Assembly: GCA_027482685.1 (NCBI GenBank)
Contig: JAIXVU010000008.1
Span: 4,652-68,651 of the forward strand
Direction: 5' to 3'
Source of the DNA: a bacterium
GTDB taxonomy: Bacteria > Patescibacteriota > Minisyncoccia > Phycocordibacterales > UBA5272
Length of the DNA stretch: 64,000 nt
The notes beneath the pieces are model-generated. The model was not told where the DNA came from. It was given only the letters and a program-made list of their open reading frames with translations, and ran no database searches. Positions 33,131 to 42,919 of the stretch are shown here, piece after piece. The first letter of the stretch is position 1; each line of letters opens with the position of its first letter. The translations under genes and the position numbers were made by a program.

Positions 33131-33139
33131 AGTAATTAG

Positions 33140-33523
33140 TTAGGATTGAAGTAATCTCTGCACTTCTTCAAGTTCTTCTGTCGATGCTTTGTATACATTA
33201 GACTTATCAAAATCACCTGGCGTGTTCGCTGGTACCAGATGAACATGGGCATGTGGAATACCAAAGCCTTCAATAAAAACACAAACACGTTCACATTTAA
33301 GTTGCGCCCTCATAACTTGCGCAATATATCTCACACGATGCATCATGTGGTCAAACATTTTTTCTTCAATGTCAAAAAACTGATCAACTTCTACCTTTGG
33401 GACGACGAGCACATGACCTTTTTTAATCGGATTGATGTCTAGGAATGCACACACATAGTCATCCTCATAAATTTTATATCCAGGAATCTCTTCATTAATA
33501 ATTTGTGTAAAGATAGATGCCAT
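33140..33523 (-). CDS. HIT-family nucleotide hydrolase
   Basis: Histidine-triad motif GIPHAHVHLVP. Confidence 0.8.
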   Translation of the reverse strand: MASIFTQIINEEIPGYKIYEDDYVCAFLDINPIKKGHVLVVPKVEVDQFFDIEEKMFDHMMHRVRYIAQVMRAQLKCERVCVFIEGFGIPHAHVHLVPANTPGDFDKSNVYKASTEELEEVQRLLQS

Positions 33524-33541
33524 ATTCGAAAGTATACATCT

Positions 33542-33931
33542 TTATGCTATTTCTTGAAACTCCATACAGACAGAATTCATACAATACCTTTTACCTGTAT
33601 CTGTTGGACCATCATCAAAGATATGACCAAGATGGGCATGACAAGTTGCGCACCTCACCTCAGTTCGCGTCATACCAAACTGTGTGTCGTCTACATATTC
33701 AACAGCGTTTGGTAATGCTTGGTCAAATGATGGCCAGCCAGTATCGGAATCAAACTTAGCATGTGATGCAAAAAGTTGGGTATTACATACTTTACAACAG
33801 AACATTCCGTCACGGTGTTCATTTAATAGTTTACCGCTAAAAGGCGCTTCAGTGCCACCATTAAATAACACATGCTTCTCCTCATTTGTTAAAACCTTTT
33901 TCTTTTCTTCAACAATTTTTTCTATATCCAT
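33542..33931 (-). CDS. msrB: Methionine-R-sulfoxide reductase MsrB
   Basis: CxxC...CxxC zinc site and the catalytic RYCMNS motif. Confidence 0.9.
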   Translation of the reverse strand: MDIEKIVEEKKKVLTNEEKHVLFNGGTEAPFSGKLLNEHRDGMFCCKVCNTQLFASHAKFDSDTGWPSFDQALPNAVEYVDDTQFGMTRTEVRCATCHAHLGHIFDDGPTDTGKRYCMNSVCMEFQEIA

Positions 33932-34037
33932 ATATCTATAGTAGCAATCAATTAGTAAACAGCAAATAGTAGAGAACGGAGGGCGGCCTTCGGCCGCCCT
34001 CGCTACTTCCCCATTTACCCTATACTAATTACTTTAT

Positions 34038-34577
34038 CTACCTACTCCATACTATATTTTTCTCCTCACGTATCTGACATGTCTTATTAACAAATGCTTC
34101 ACGTCCGCTCCCTTGTCTATACATCCCATAACGAAGTGGGTTCTTCTCTGCGTAATCCTGATGATATTCTTCTGCTTTATAAAACGACTTCCGTGGGAGA
34201 ATGTCCACAACAGACGGTGTATCGTACACATAACTATCATTTAACTCTTTGATAACCCCTTCTGCAGTTATCTTTTCTTCATCACTTTCATAATATATTG
34301 CACTCTTGTAGCTATCACCTCTATCACCGAACTGCCCACCAGCATCAGTTGGATCTATGTGGTCTATGAAGTGTTGTAGTAATTTCTTATACGACGTCAT
34401 TTCATCATCATATGTTACCTCTATAACTTCACGATGACCTTTATGGTCCTCATATGTTGGTGAGGTTATCTCACCGCCTGAATACCCAGATGTAACAGTC
34501 ACGACACTCTCTGCCTCTCGCATATCATGCTCTACACACCAGAAGCACCCCCCTGCTAAAATCAATGTCTTTATCAT
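34038..34577 (-). CDS. msrA: Methionine-S-sulfoxide reductase MsrA
   Basis: The GCFWC active site is present. Confidence 0.9.
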   Translation of the reverse strand: MIKTLILAGGCFWCVEHDMREAESVVTVTSGYSGGEITSPTYEDHKGHREVIEVTYDDEMTSYKKLLQHFIDHIDPTDAGGQFGDRGDSYKSAIYYESDEEKITAEGVIKELNDSYVYDTPSVVDILPRKSFYKAEEYHQDYAEKNPLRYGMYRQGSGREAFVNKTCQIREEKNIVWSR

Positions 34578-34598
34578 ATATGCAAAGTATATCTTACA

Positions 34599-35204
34599 TC
34601 AATTTTTCAAGAAAGTTTTTAAGAAGCTCTTTCTGTGATGATCAGTTACACCATAACTCTTGATAGCATCATAGTGAGCTTTTGTTCCATACCCTACATG
34701 ACTATCAAATCCATAGTGTGGAAATTCTTTTGCAAGCTCTCTCATCTTTGTGTCGCGGTAGACTTTTGCAATGATTGACGCAAGAGCTATCTGTCCAATC
34801 TTCTCATCGCCTTTAATTATCGTCTCTTGGTTAGAATACTCTGTAGGCGCATATAGTGAACCATCAAGATACACTTTTGTCTCTTTTGAAATATCGTGAG
34901 CATGCAGTACATCTAGAGATTTTTGCATCGCGGTTTTTATTGCGACAGAAAGTCCAAGTGTATCTATTTGATGAGCTGTCATTTCACCCAGTCCGTAGAT
35001 AATAGAACCCTCTTCAACTAATCCGTCTACTTTGTTTGCTATCTCTATGCGAACTTTTTCTGATAACTTTTTACTATCTTTAAGAACGCCTTTTGGAAAT
35101 AACGAAAGAATATCTACATCATGTCGCACCGCGCACGCGCACACAACAAGAGGTCCGGCTATCGGACCCCTCCCTACTTCATCAATACCAATTACGTATG
35201 TCAT
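34599..35204 (-). CDS. rnhB: Ribonuclease HII
   Basis: The N-terminal motif IGIDEVGRGPIAGPLV is present. Confidence 0.9.
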   Translation of the reverse strand: MTYVIGIDEVGRGPIAGPLVVCACAVRHDVDILSLFPKGVLKDSKKLSEKVRIEIANKVDGLVEEGSIIYGLGEMTAHQIDTLGLSVAIKTAMQKSLDVLHAHDISKETKVYLDGSLYAPTEYSNQETIIKGDEKIGQIALASIIAKVYRDTKMRELAKEFPHYGFDSHVGYGTKAHYDAIKSYGVTDHHRKSFLKTFLKN

Positions 35205-35272
35205 TAAATTTTAGTATACAGAAAATAGGCATACAAATGAAAACTAGACTTAAACTAAAGTTTAGTTTCTGT

Positions 35273-35300
35273 TGTGCGCCGGGGTTGGAATTTCACAACC
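35273..35300 (-). repeat. Diverged partial copy of the tRNA-Tyr 3' end (T-arm plus acceptor 3' strand)
   Basis: tgcgccggggttggaatttcacaacc versus the tRNA's tgcgccgggttggatttgaaccaacg. Confidence 0.6.
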
Positions 35301-35407
35301 TTCATTCGCTTCACTCATTACGGTTTAGAAGACCGCTGCGGTTTCTATTCTTCCGCTACGGGAAACTAAACACGTTTCCCGACCCTTTTCCTTATTTAAA
35401 TCCAGCC

Positions 35408-35450
35408 GACAGTAAAAATAAAACAACAATGAAAAGCTTTTCATTGTTGT
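35408..35450. terminator. Long perfect palindrome downstream of tRNA-Tyr
   Basis: AAATAAAACAACAATGAAAAGC/TTTTCATTGTTGTTTTATTT gives a ~20-bp stem with flanking T-run. Confidence 0.6.
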
Positions 35451-35462
35451 TTTATTTCTATG

Positions 35463-35545
35463 TGCGCCGGGTTGGATTTGAACCAACGAAGGCTAAAGCC
35501 ATCTGATTTACAGTCAGACCTCGTTGACCACTTGAGTACCGACGC
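35463..35545 (-). tRNA. tRNA-Tyr (anticodon GTA), type II with long variable arm
   Basis: Acceptor GCGTCGG/CCGGCGC, anticodon loop CTGTAAA, T-arm GTTGG-TTCAAAT-CCAAC. Confidence 0.85.
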
Positions 35546-35624
35546 ATAAAGGTCACCGTCACCTGCACATGCCGTGACAGCGAAATACATAATATCAAAA
35601 ATTAGGCCATTTTGCAAAAGAAAT

Positions 35625-35653
35625 ACACGACGCCGTAGGCGTCGTGTATTTTC
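35625..35653 (-). terminator. Rho-independent terminator of clpB
   Basis: ACACGACGCC-GTAG-GCGTCGTGT with a T-rich tract on the minus-strand side. Confidence 0.6.
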
Positions 35654-35695
35654 TATCCCCTAATTTGCTTTTTACTATTTGCTAACTGCTTAGAA

Positions 35696-38401
35696 TTATT
35701 TCTCCTTCTTCTCCACTTCTCGCAAGTTACTATTAAGCGGACTTGGGATCTTCTTCGGTTTCTTTGCTTCAACTAATATCTCTCCTTTTTTATCAAGCGA
35801 CACATATGCAATTCCTCCTTTCATGAATTTCTTTGTGAGCATGAGTGACGCAACTTGGTTAAGGATAGTTGTCTGCATGAAGCGTTTGATAGGTCGTGCG
35901 CCATAGTGTGGGTCGTAGGACTTATCTGCAATATATGCAACTGCATCATCAGTAACTTCTAGTACTATCTCTTTATCTGCAAGTCTTTTGCCGAGTGATG
36001 CAACCTGTAGCCCGACAATACTTTTAACTTCACCCTTAGACAGTACATCAAAGATAATGGTCTCATCTAATCGATTCAAGAACTCAGGTTTGAAGTATTC
36101 CTTGAGTGCATCCATCACCTTTTCTTTTACTTGCACGTACTCTCCACCAACTTCGTTATTACTGAATCCTATTTGCTCCATCTTCTGAATATACTGACTT
36201 CCGATGTTAGAAGTCATGATGATGATAGTATTCTTGAAGTTAACTACACGGCCCTTACTATCAGTTAGGCGTCCTTCATCTAATACTTGAAGGAGTAGGT
36301 TAAATACTTCAGGGTGAGCTTTCTCTACCTCATCAAACAAAATCACTGAGTATGGTCTGTGACGTACTGCTTCTGATAATTGCCCTGACTCATCATACCC
36401 AACGTACCCTGGGGGTGAGCCAATTAGTTTACTAGTACTATGCTTCTCCATGTACTCGCTCATGTCGACTTTAATAAGTGCTTTTTCATCATTGAACATG
36501 AACTCAGCAAGTGCCTTGGTAAGTTCGGTCTTCCCTACACCAGTTGGACCTAAGAACATGAAACTTCCTATCGGTCTCTCTGGATCATTAATTCCAGCAC
36601 GAGAACGTCGCACTGCACCAGATATCTTAGCAATAGCATCGCGTTGTGCTATTACTCTCTTACCTAACTCTTCTTCCATACGGCCTAGCTTCTCTTGTTC
36701 TTCTTCGAGCATGCGAACAACAGGAATTCCTGTCCAACGAGCAACGACAGATGCGATATCTTCTTCATTGATTTCTTCTTTGAGAATACGACGAGTTTTT
36801 TGTAACTTCTTAAGTTTGTCCATCTTATCATTAAGCTCTTTTGTAAGCTCTGGTATTTGGCCATAACGAATTTCTGCGACACGTGTTAGATCTGCGCGAA
36901 GCTCCGCGTTATCACTTTCAGTACGTAGCGCTTCAAGTGTTTTCTTTATCTCACCAATCTCTGTTAATGTTTTCTTTTCATTCTTCCACTTAAGTTCTAG
37001 TTCGTGAGTCTTCTCCTTCACGTTTGCAATTTCTTCTTCTATTGCTTTGATACGTTTAAGAGTAGACGTGTCATCATCGTCATCATGAGCAACCACTTCT
37101 TTAATAAGTGCCTCTTTTTCTATTTCAAGACGCATTATTTTACGATGTGCTTCATCTAATACTGGAGGTTTGTTCTCAAGAGCGATACGAAGTGACGATG
37201 CGGCCTCGTCTATAAGGTCAATCGCTTTATCTGGAAGGAAGCGTGATGTGATGTAACGAGTAGAGAGGTTCACTGCAGAATGTAACGCATCATCAGTAAT
37301 ACGCACACCGTGGAAGAGCTCATACTTTTCTTTTAGGCCACGCAAGATAGCAAGAGCGTCTTCTTCTGATGGCTCTTCTACAAACACTGGTTGGAAACGA
37401 CGCGCAAGCGCTGGATCTTTCTCAATATGCTTCTGATACTCTTTTAGTGTTGTAGCGCCGATTGCGCGGAGCTCACCTCGTGAGAGTGCAGGCTTGAGTA
37501 AGTTCGCAGCATCTGCTGATCCTTCAGTTGCTCCCGCGCCAACAATTGTATGTATCTCATCAATGAAAAGAATGATACCACCTTCTGATCGTTCAATTTC
37601 TTTCATGATTGCTTTGAGACGCTCTTCGAATTCTCCACGGAACTTAGTACCGGCAATTAACATTCCAAGATCAAGCGACACAAGTTCTTTATCTTTCAAA
37701 CTCTCTGGCACATCCCCCTTTGCCATACGAATTGCGAGACCTTCTACTACAGCAGTCTTACCTACTCCCGCTTCACCAATAAGTATTGGATTATTCTTCG
37801 TACGACGTGAAAGTATCTGCATAAGACGCATGATCTCAGTATCTCGCCCGATAACTGGATCGAGCTTGTCTGCTCGTGCCATGTCTGTGAAGTTACGAGT
37901 GTACTTTGCAAGAGCTTTATTTTTCTTTGCAGACTGAGCTTCTGTAATGTTTTGTGAACGTAGTTCTTCTAGCACGTGTTGCGCTTGGTCTTTGTCGATT
38001 CTGAAACGCGCAAGAAGTTCACGCACTTGCCCAGTGGACTCTAGGAGTGCGAGGAAGAGATGCTCGGTTGAAACGAACTCATCATTCATGCTCTGCGCAA
38101 CTTTGAGAGATGCTTCGAGTGTTGTTGCAAGATCTGGCGTTAGATACATCTGGTATGACTGGCTCATCGTTGCTGATCCGCCTGGCACTTCTATCGCATC
38201 TACTATGCTGTCTGTGAGGTGTACGATATCAACTTCTAAGCGTTCAAGTATGGCATGCACAAGTGACTCTTCTTGTGTGAGAAGTGCTCCCATGAGGTGC
38301 AGTGAGTTCACCTGATTCTGCCCACGCTCAACAGCGAGTTCGTGTGCTCGACGAATGACTTCTTTTGCTTTTGTTGTGAAATTGTTAAATGATGGAGGCA
38401 T
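35696..38401 (-). CDS. clpB: AAA+ disaggregase ClpB
   Basis: Clp_N, two AAA modules ([18 protein letters not shown]) and a long coiled-coil M-domain. Confidence 0.9.
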   Translation of the reverse strand: MPPSFNNFTTKAKEVIRRAHELAVERGQNQVNSLHLMGALLTQEESLVHAILERLEVDIVHLTDSIVDAIEVPGGSATMSQSYQMYLTPDLATTLEASLKVAQSMNDEFVSTEHLFLALLESTGQVRELLARFRIDKDQAQHVLEELRSQNITEAQSAKKNKALAKYTRNFTDMARADKLDPVIGRDTEIMRLMQILSRRTKNNPILIGEAGVGKTAVVEGLAIRMAKGDVPESLKDKELVSLDLGMLIAGTKFRGEFEERLKAIMKEIERSEGGIILFIDEIHTIVGAGATEGSADAANLLKPALSRGELRAIGATTLKEYQKHIEKDPALARRFQPVFVEEPSEEDALAILRGLKEKYELFHGVRITDDALHSAVNLSTRYITSRFLPDKAIDLIDEAASSLRIALENKPPVLDEAHRKIMRLEIEKEALIKEVVAHDDDDDTSTLKRIKAIEEEIANVKEKTHELELKWKNEKKTLTEIGEIKKTLEALRTESDNAELRADLTRVAEIRYGQIPELTKELNDKMDKLKKLQKTRRILKEEINEEDIASVVARWTGIPVVRMLEEEQEKLGRMEEELGKRVIAQRDAIAKISGAVRRSRAGINDPERPIGSFMFLGPTGVGKTELTKALAEFMFNDEKALIKVDMSEYMEKHSTSKLIGSPPGYVGYDESGQLSEAVRHRPYSVILFDEVEKAHPEVFNLLLQVLDEGRLTDSKGRVVNFKNTIIIMTSNIGSQYIQKMEQIGFSNNEVGGEYVQVKEKVMDALKEYFKPEFLNRLDETIIFDVLSKGEVKSIVGLQVASLGKRLADKEIVLEVTDDAVAYIADKSYDPHYGARPIKRFMQTTILNQVASLMLTKKFMKGGIAYVSLDKKGEILVEAKKPKKIPSPLNSNLREVEKKEK

Positions 38402-38750
38402 ACTAGATAGTTATTAGCTTATAGGCGATAGCCGTTAGCTAATTCAAATTACAAATTGAATTAAAGAAACTAATTACAAATTACTAATAACCAATTACTA
38501 CATATACAGTGTATCAGTATTCCGGCATTCGGTCGTGGTGGATAAGCGGACAATTCGGGAATGGTGAGGAGTTGGTTCAGTCGAATTTTTTGAGTACAAA
38601 AAATTCGACACTTTTACTCCATCACCTCCCCTAACAATGCCAAAATGTAACATCTGAGTCAACTTGACATTTTTATATAAAGTAGTAGTATGATGAAGTC
38701 GTTCATTTCATCAACATTGCCTAAAAAGCAGTCAAACAGTAGAGGAATCA

Positions 38751-39031
38751 ACATGAAGCAATTTTTGAGGGACTTTCGAAATACCTTTTTGCTGCTCTTC
38801 CCTTTTTTGACGTACTACGTGCTCTTCGTAGTTGTTGAAAAGGAAGGGCGAGTCTTTGATGCTCAAGCGGCATTTTTGTCCGTTCTAATCGGCGCTGCTG
38901 TCGGTGCAATATTTGGCTGTATCCTTGCTTATCTTTGTGCTTTTCTTTGGGGTTGGCTGAACAAGCACAAGAAAAGGTACAGTGGGAAGCAATCCACTGA
39001 TATTGACGAACTTCGTCAGCGTTCTCCCTGA
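38751..39031 (+). CDS. Small membrane protein (start likely the internal Met of ORF 38690-39031)
   Basis: TTGACA at ~38666 with a -10-like element overlapping the 38690 ATG; one or two TM segments. Confidence 0.4.
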
Positions 39032-39051
39032 GGACAAAAATCAAAACAATC

Positions 39052-39084
39052 AAGCGCGCCGTAGGCGCGCTTTTCTCATTTTTA
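39052..39084 (+). terminator. Rho-independent terminator
   Basis: AAGCGCGCC-GTAG-GCGCGCTT followed by a T-run. Confidence 0.75.
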
Positions 39085-39224
39085 TATTTCACCAGATTCC
39101 AGATAAGCGAGGAAATTGGTTTAGATGCAAGGCGCAGAATGTTTTTGCTACTAAGGCGTACTCAAATGTACAACGCATGGAGCAAAAATATTCTGCAACA
39201 TGGCAGATGAACTAATTTATTCGC

Positions 39225-39785
39225 TTAAATCCTCTCTTCCACTGCATGCCAGTCGATTGATGACATGAAAGCGTTAATATAATCCGCTCGCTTGATCCCA
39301 TAATCAATCATAAACGCATGCTCCCATACATCCATCACAAGGAGTGGTGTTCCACCGACGAGATGCCCATCTTCATGCTCACGAATCCATACATTAAATA
39401 ACTTACCTTCACGTTTATCATGTGCGAGCACGACCCACCCCACACCGCGCATGGAAGCCATCCCACGGAATTCCTTCTCCCAATTCTCCACAGATCCCCA
39501 TGTCTCTACAATCAATTTCTTAAGAGTTCTGTCACTAAGCGATACTCCACCTTTTGCCATGTTGCCGAAGTAGAGCTCATGCATACGCATACCATTCCAT
39601 TCCCATCCGAAACGACGATGAAGCTCAGCAAACTCTGGAGTACCAGGTTCTTTAGTCTTCATCTCGTCCACCAACTTATTCGTATTGGTAACATACCCTT
39701 GGTAGAGCGTAAAGTGGTTGTTAAGAAGTGTGTCACTGAAACCAGTGAGCCCTAGTAAATGTGAAAAATCTTTTGCTTGGTACAT
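39225..39785 (-). CDS. sod: Fe/Mn superoxide dismutase
   Basis: The C-terminal DVWEHAF(Y) motif is present. Confidence 0.85.
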   Translation of the reverse strand: MYQAKDFSHLLGLTGFSDTLLNNHFTLYQGYVTNTNKLVDEMKTKEPGTPEFAELHRRFGWEWNGMRMHELYFGNMAKGGVSLSDRTLKKLIVETWGSVENWEKEFRGMASMRGVGWVVLAHDKREGKLFNVWIREHEDGHLVGGTPLLVMDVWEHAFMIDYGIKRADYINAFMSSIDWHAVEERI

Positions 39786-39809
39786 AGTAAATAGTTAATA
39801 AGTTAATAG

Positions 39810-40187
39810 TTAATGGTTGTCCTCTTTATTTGAGTTAATGAGCTTAGTTAACATCTTCATAATACTTTCTAACTCAGAAAACAATTCAACAAATTGCTTC
39901 TCAGAAATATAATCCAAGTTTTTTGCTATTGTCAGTTGGGTTTCTATCTCAGCGCCAGATCCTTGGGCTATTCTAAGGAAATGCATAAACTCTTTCTTCG
40001 AACCTCTCTTGCTTCCTTCTGCAATATTTGAAGAAATTGAAACAACCGCTCTTCGTAATTGAGAAGACAACCCATATAATTCTGCCTGAGGAAAACGAAT
40101 CGTAACTTTATAAACATTCGTTACAAATGCGATTGCATTTTGCCAGACAATTAAATCACGAAACGTCTTCATATTCTCAGTATACAA
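39810..40187 (-). CDS. Four-helix-bundle protein (TIGR02436; 23S rRNA intervening-sequence protein family)
   Basis: WQxA...FPxxElYGLSSQLRRAxVSISSNIAEG...EFxxFLxIAxGSxxEIETQL matches the family consensus; TTG start. Confidence 0.75.
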   Translation of the reverse strand: MYTENMKTFRDLIVWQNAIAFVTNVYKVTIRFPQAELYGLSSQLRRAVVSISSNIAEGSKRGSKKEFMHFLRIAQGSGAEIETQLTIAKNLDYISEKQFVELFSELESIMKMLTKLINSNKEDNH

Positions 40188-40222
40188 TGAATTTAGTATT
40201 CGCAGTTATTAACCATTAACTA

Positions 40223-41584
40223 TTAACCATTGACCCTACTCGTATACTTTTCTCCCACTTCCTTCATCGCTTCCACCAACCGCTCTATATCTTTCTTCGT
40301 TGTACTACGTCCGAATGTTATACGAATATTCTCTAGTGCTTCTTTCTTATCCACACCGAGTGCTTCTATGACATAACTACCATCAGTCTCACTAGACGCA
40401 CACGCGCTCTTGTGTGACACCGCGAATCCAAGCGCATCTAACCGTAGTATCATCTCTTCGCTACTTATGCCAGGTACTCTACAGTTAATGTTATTAGGCA
40501 GTCGCTTCATCGTGCGGCCTGTTATATGAGATTCCATTGCATCATTTCGTGGAAGTGGTTGCTCTTCACCATCTTTAACAGGCTTGCCATGTTTAACTTC
40601 ATCAAATACCCCATAGTAAGTTATGGATGGAATTTCTTTTGTAAGTTCAGTTCTACAAAAATCATTTAAGAGTTGTAGGCGCCATACTTCGCGCTCTTGT
40701 AGTTCCTTTGCTTCGCGTAATGCTACACCAAACGCATAACATAGTGGCACTGCTTCAGTCCCACTGCGTAGCTGTCTCTCTTGCCCGCCTCCATAGGTAA
40801 TCGGCTCTACACGTACCCCTTCACGTTTATACAGTAGTGCTATTCCTTTCGGACCATAACATTTACTACTATTCACTGTCATTAGATGCACACGTAGACG
40901 CACGACATCTAAGTTACAATAGTTCGCTGCCTGACATGCATCGATATGATAGTACGGATATGCAGTGTGCGTACGTGTGTGCTCCTTCTTCCATTCTTCT
41001 ATCGCGCGACCAATTTCTTTTACAGGCTGTAGCGTTCCTATCTCATTATTCGCATACATTACACTCACTAGTATTGTGTCTTCAGTTAATGACTCACGAA
41101 TAGTTTGTACTTTTACAATACCGCTAGCATCTACTGGGATGTATGTCACGCGAACTTTACCTGCACGTTCTAGATTTCGAATTGGTTCAAGCACCGCTGA
41201 GTGTTCTATTACAGTTGTAATGATGTGGGGTAGCACATCTGTGTCCCCTTCTTGCTGTTTACTACTTACTACGTGCTTCTTGTACCCTTCATATGTCCCC
41301 ATAACCGCAAGGTTACAAGATTCAGTACCAGATGATACAAAATATATTTCATATGCATGTGCATTCAGTACTGTTGCGCACATACCGCGTGCTCTATCTA
41401 ATACTACCCCTGCTTCTACTCCTTCTCTATGAATACCAGAAGCATTACCGTATGTAATCATCGTTTCAATGAGCGCAGCTTCAGAGAGAGCGCTCACAGG
41501 TGTTGCTCCTGCATAGTCCATGTACACACGATGATGCTTTTTCCACATCTGTAACAAGTTCTTCATATACGTTAACTCTACCAT
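40223..41584 (-). CDS. Class V aminotransferase / cysteine desulfurase (NifS/IscS-like)
   Basis: PLP-lysine region NSSKCYGPKG and the catalytic-Cys loop HKSACASS. Confidence 0.7.
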   Translation of the reverse strand: MVELTYMKNLLQMWKKHHRVYMDYAGATPVSALSEAALIETMITYGNASGIHREGVEAGVVLDRARGMCATVLNAHAYEIYFVSSGTESCNLAVMGTYEGYKKHVVSSKQQEGDTDVLPHIITTVIEHSAVLEPIRNLERAGKVRVTYIPVDASGIVKVQTIRESLTEDTILVSVMYANNEIGTLQPVKEIGRAIEEWKKEHTRTHTAYPYYHIDACQAANYCNLDVVRLRVHLMTVNSSKCYGPKGIALLYKREGVRVEPITYGGGQERQLRSGTEAVPLCYAFGVALREAKELQEREVWRLQLLNDFCRTELTKEIPSITYYGVFDEVKHGKPVKDGEEQPLPRNDAMESHITGRTMKRLPNNINCRVPGISSEEMILRLDALGFAVSHKSACASSETDGSYVIEALGVDKKEALENIRITFGRSTTKKDIERLVEAMKEVGEKYTSRVNG

Positions 41585-41679
41585 GTGGGTGGTTAATAGT
41601 TAATGGTAAATAGTTAATAGTTAATAGTAAACAGTTAATTGCAAACATCTATACTTCAAATTTCAAATATAAAAAAGAA

Positions 41680-42110
41680 AGTGCCCGCCAACAGAGTTGG
41701 CGGGCTGGGTTGAGACGAAGCTCAAGGTTCCCTACGGCATCAGGGGCATGCCGATGGGCGTACCGGATCGGAAATCGATCGGGCGCAGCAGGTGTCTCAT
41801 TGAGTCTCCTGGATGCGTCGGGCCGAGATGGGCCGACAGGTTGTTGGCGCGGCCGTCATGGTCACGCTCAGTCGAGCGAACCGCTCATGTTTGAGCGAGG
41901 CGGGCAAACGTCACGTGGACGTCGCCAGCCTGCCGCAAGCGGTTGGCTCTCGTGCCCGTGCCGATCAGGCGTGGGTGGTGGCGGCCAGCGTGGCCGAGGT
42001 CGTGTAGGCCGCGGCGCAGGTGCCGGCGGTATCTTGCAACACCAAACTTGCATGGCTCGCCTGCCTGATCACGTTAACCAGTATAGCAGGTATTATGATT
42101 TTGTTAAGTA
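41680..42110. other. ~430-bp GC-rich (~65%) apparently non-coding foreign fragment
   Basis: Only overlapping junk ORFs in several frames; abrupt GC shift; flanked by GTTAATAGTTAATGG repeats; minus-strand terminator-like hairpin GCCCGCCAAC-AGAG-TTGGCGGGC at its left edge. Confidence 0.5.
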
Positions 42111-42273
42111 CTAGACACGGTTTATGGTTAATAGTCAATGGTTACTAGTTAGAATGCTTTATAAATAAAGTAGTTTTAGAAAAAATAAAGTTAGAACCAT
42201 AAACTCACAACTAGAAACTAGTCTAATATGCTACACTTTTACGTATTCATATCTGGTATCCAACCATTAACTA

Positions 42274-42774
42274 TTGACCATTGACCAGCTACTACCCATG
42301 TCCTACATCCCCCAACTATTCCTCACCTACCCCACTATTCCGATTGCTTTTGCTTTTGGTGTTATTCTTATTTATGTTATTTATCTACATTATCGGTTGC
42401 GCATGCTTACTCGTGGAAATGGTGCAGCATCTCTTGAGTCCACCATTCATACCGCACTTGCTCATGCAAAAGAAATCCACGAAGAGAACAAACTCATCCG
42501 TGAACACGCTATATCACTAGATAAACGTGTATCTCATGCACTTCGTAATGCGCAGACAATACGCTATAAAGCATTTGAGACAAATGGTTCTAATCAAAGC
42601 TTTTCTGTTGCCCTTGTGAATGAACTTGGTTCTGGTGTTGTTATTACCTCTCTTCATGCACGAGATCGTCTCACTACATTTGCAAAACCGATAGAAAAAT
42701 ACACAAGTAGTTATGAACTAACTGAAGAAGAGCAAAATGTTCTAGAAGACGCACGGAATGCTCATACAATGTAA
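42274..42774 (+). CDS. Membrane-anchored protein (DUF4446-like)
   Basis: N-terminal TM; weak family resemblance. Confidence 0.4.
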   Translation: MTIDQLLPMSYIPQLFLTYPTIPIAFAFGVILIYVIYLHYRLRMLTRGNGAASLESTIHTALAHAKEIHEENKLIREHAISLDKRVSHALRNAQTIRYKAFETNGSNQSFSVALVNELGSGVVITSLHARDRLTTFAKPIEKYTSSYELTEEEQNVLEDARNAHTM

Positions 42775-42802
42775 TTGGTTATTAGTAATTTGTAATTAGT
42801 TG

Positions 42803-42833
42803 CAATGCATGACGCCTACAGCGTCATGCATTG
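42803..42833 (+). terminator. Hairpin, weak terminator
   Basis: CAATGCATGACGC-CTACA-GCGTCATGCATTG with a poor T-run. Confidence 0.45.
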
Positions 42834-42919
42834 TGTATCCCAGCTAATTACTAATAACAAATTACTAATTACCGTCTAGGCTTCTTTACAAAATCATGCT
42901 ATAATTGCGTAATTAAATT

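Noticed and set aside
33979-34002. GAGGGCGGCC-TTCG-GGCCGCCCTC hairpin between msrB and msrA as a terminator
   Set aside because: The GC-rich tetraloop hairpin is clear, but no T-run follows on either strand. It was left out of the feature list; it may be an RNA-stability element inside an msrA-msrB transcript.
35273-35400. A possible second tRNA downstream of tRNA-Tyr (anticodon-like CTTCTAA stem-loop, D-arm-like GCGG...CCGC)
   Set aside because: No acceptor stem can be formed with the CCCGGCGCA 3' end, and the T-loop is 8 nt. It is better explained as a degenerate partial duplicate of the tRNA-Tyr 3' half.
41697-42114. Several overlapping ORFs (60-134 aa) in the GC-rich fragment
   Set aside because: There are multiple mutually overlapping frames with Arg/Gly/Ala-rich low-complexity translations, typical of spurious ORFs in high-GC non-coding DNA.
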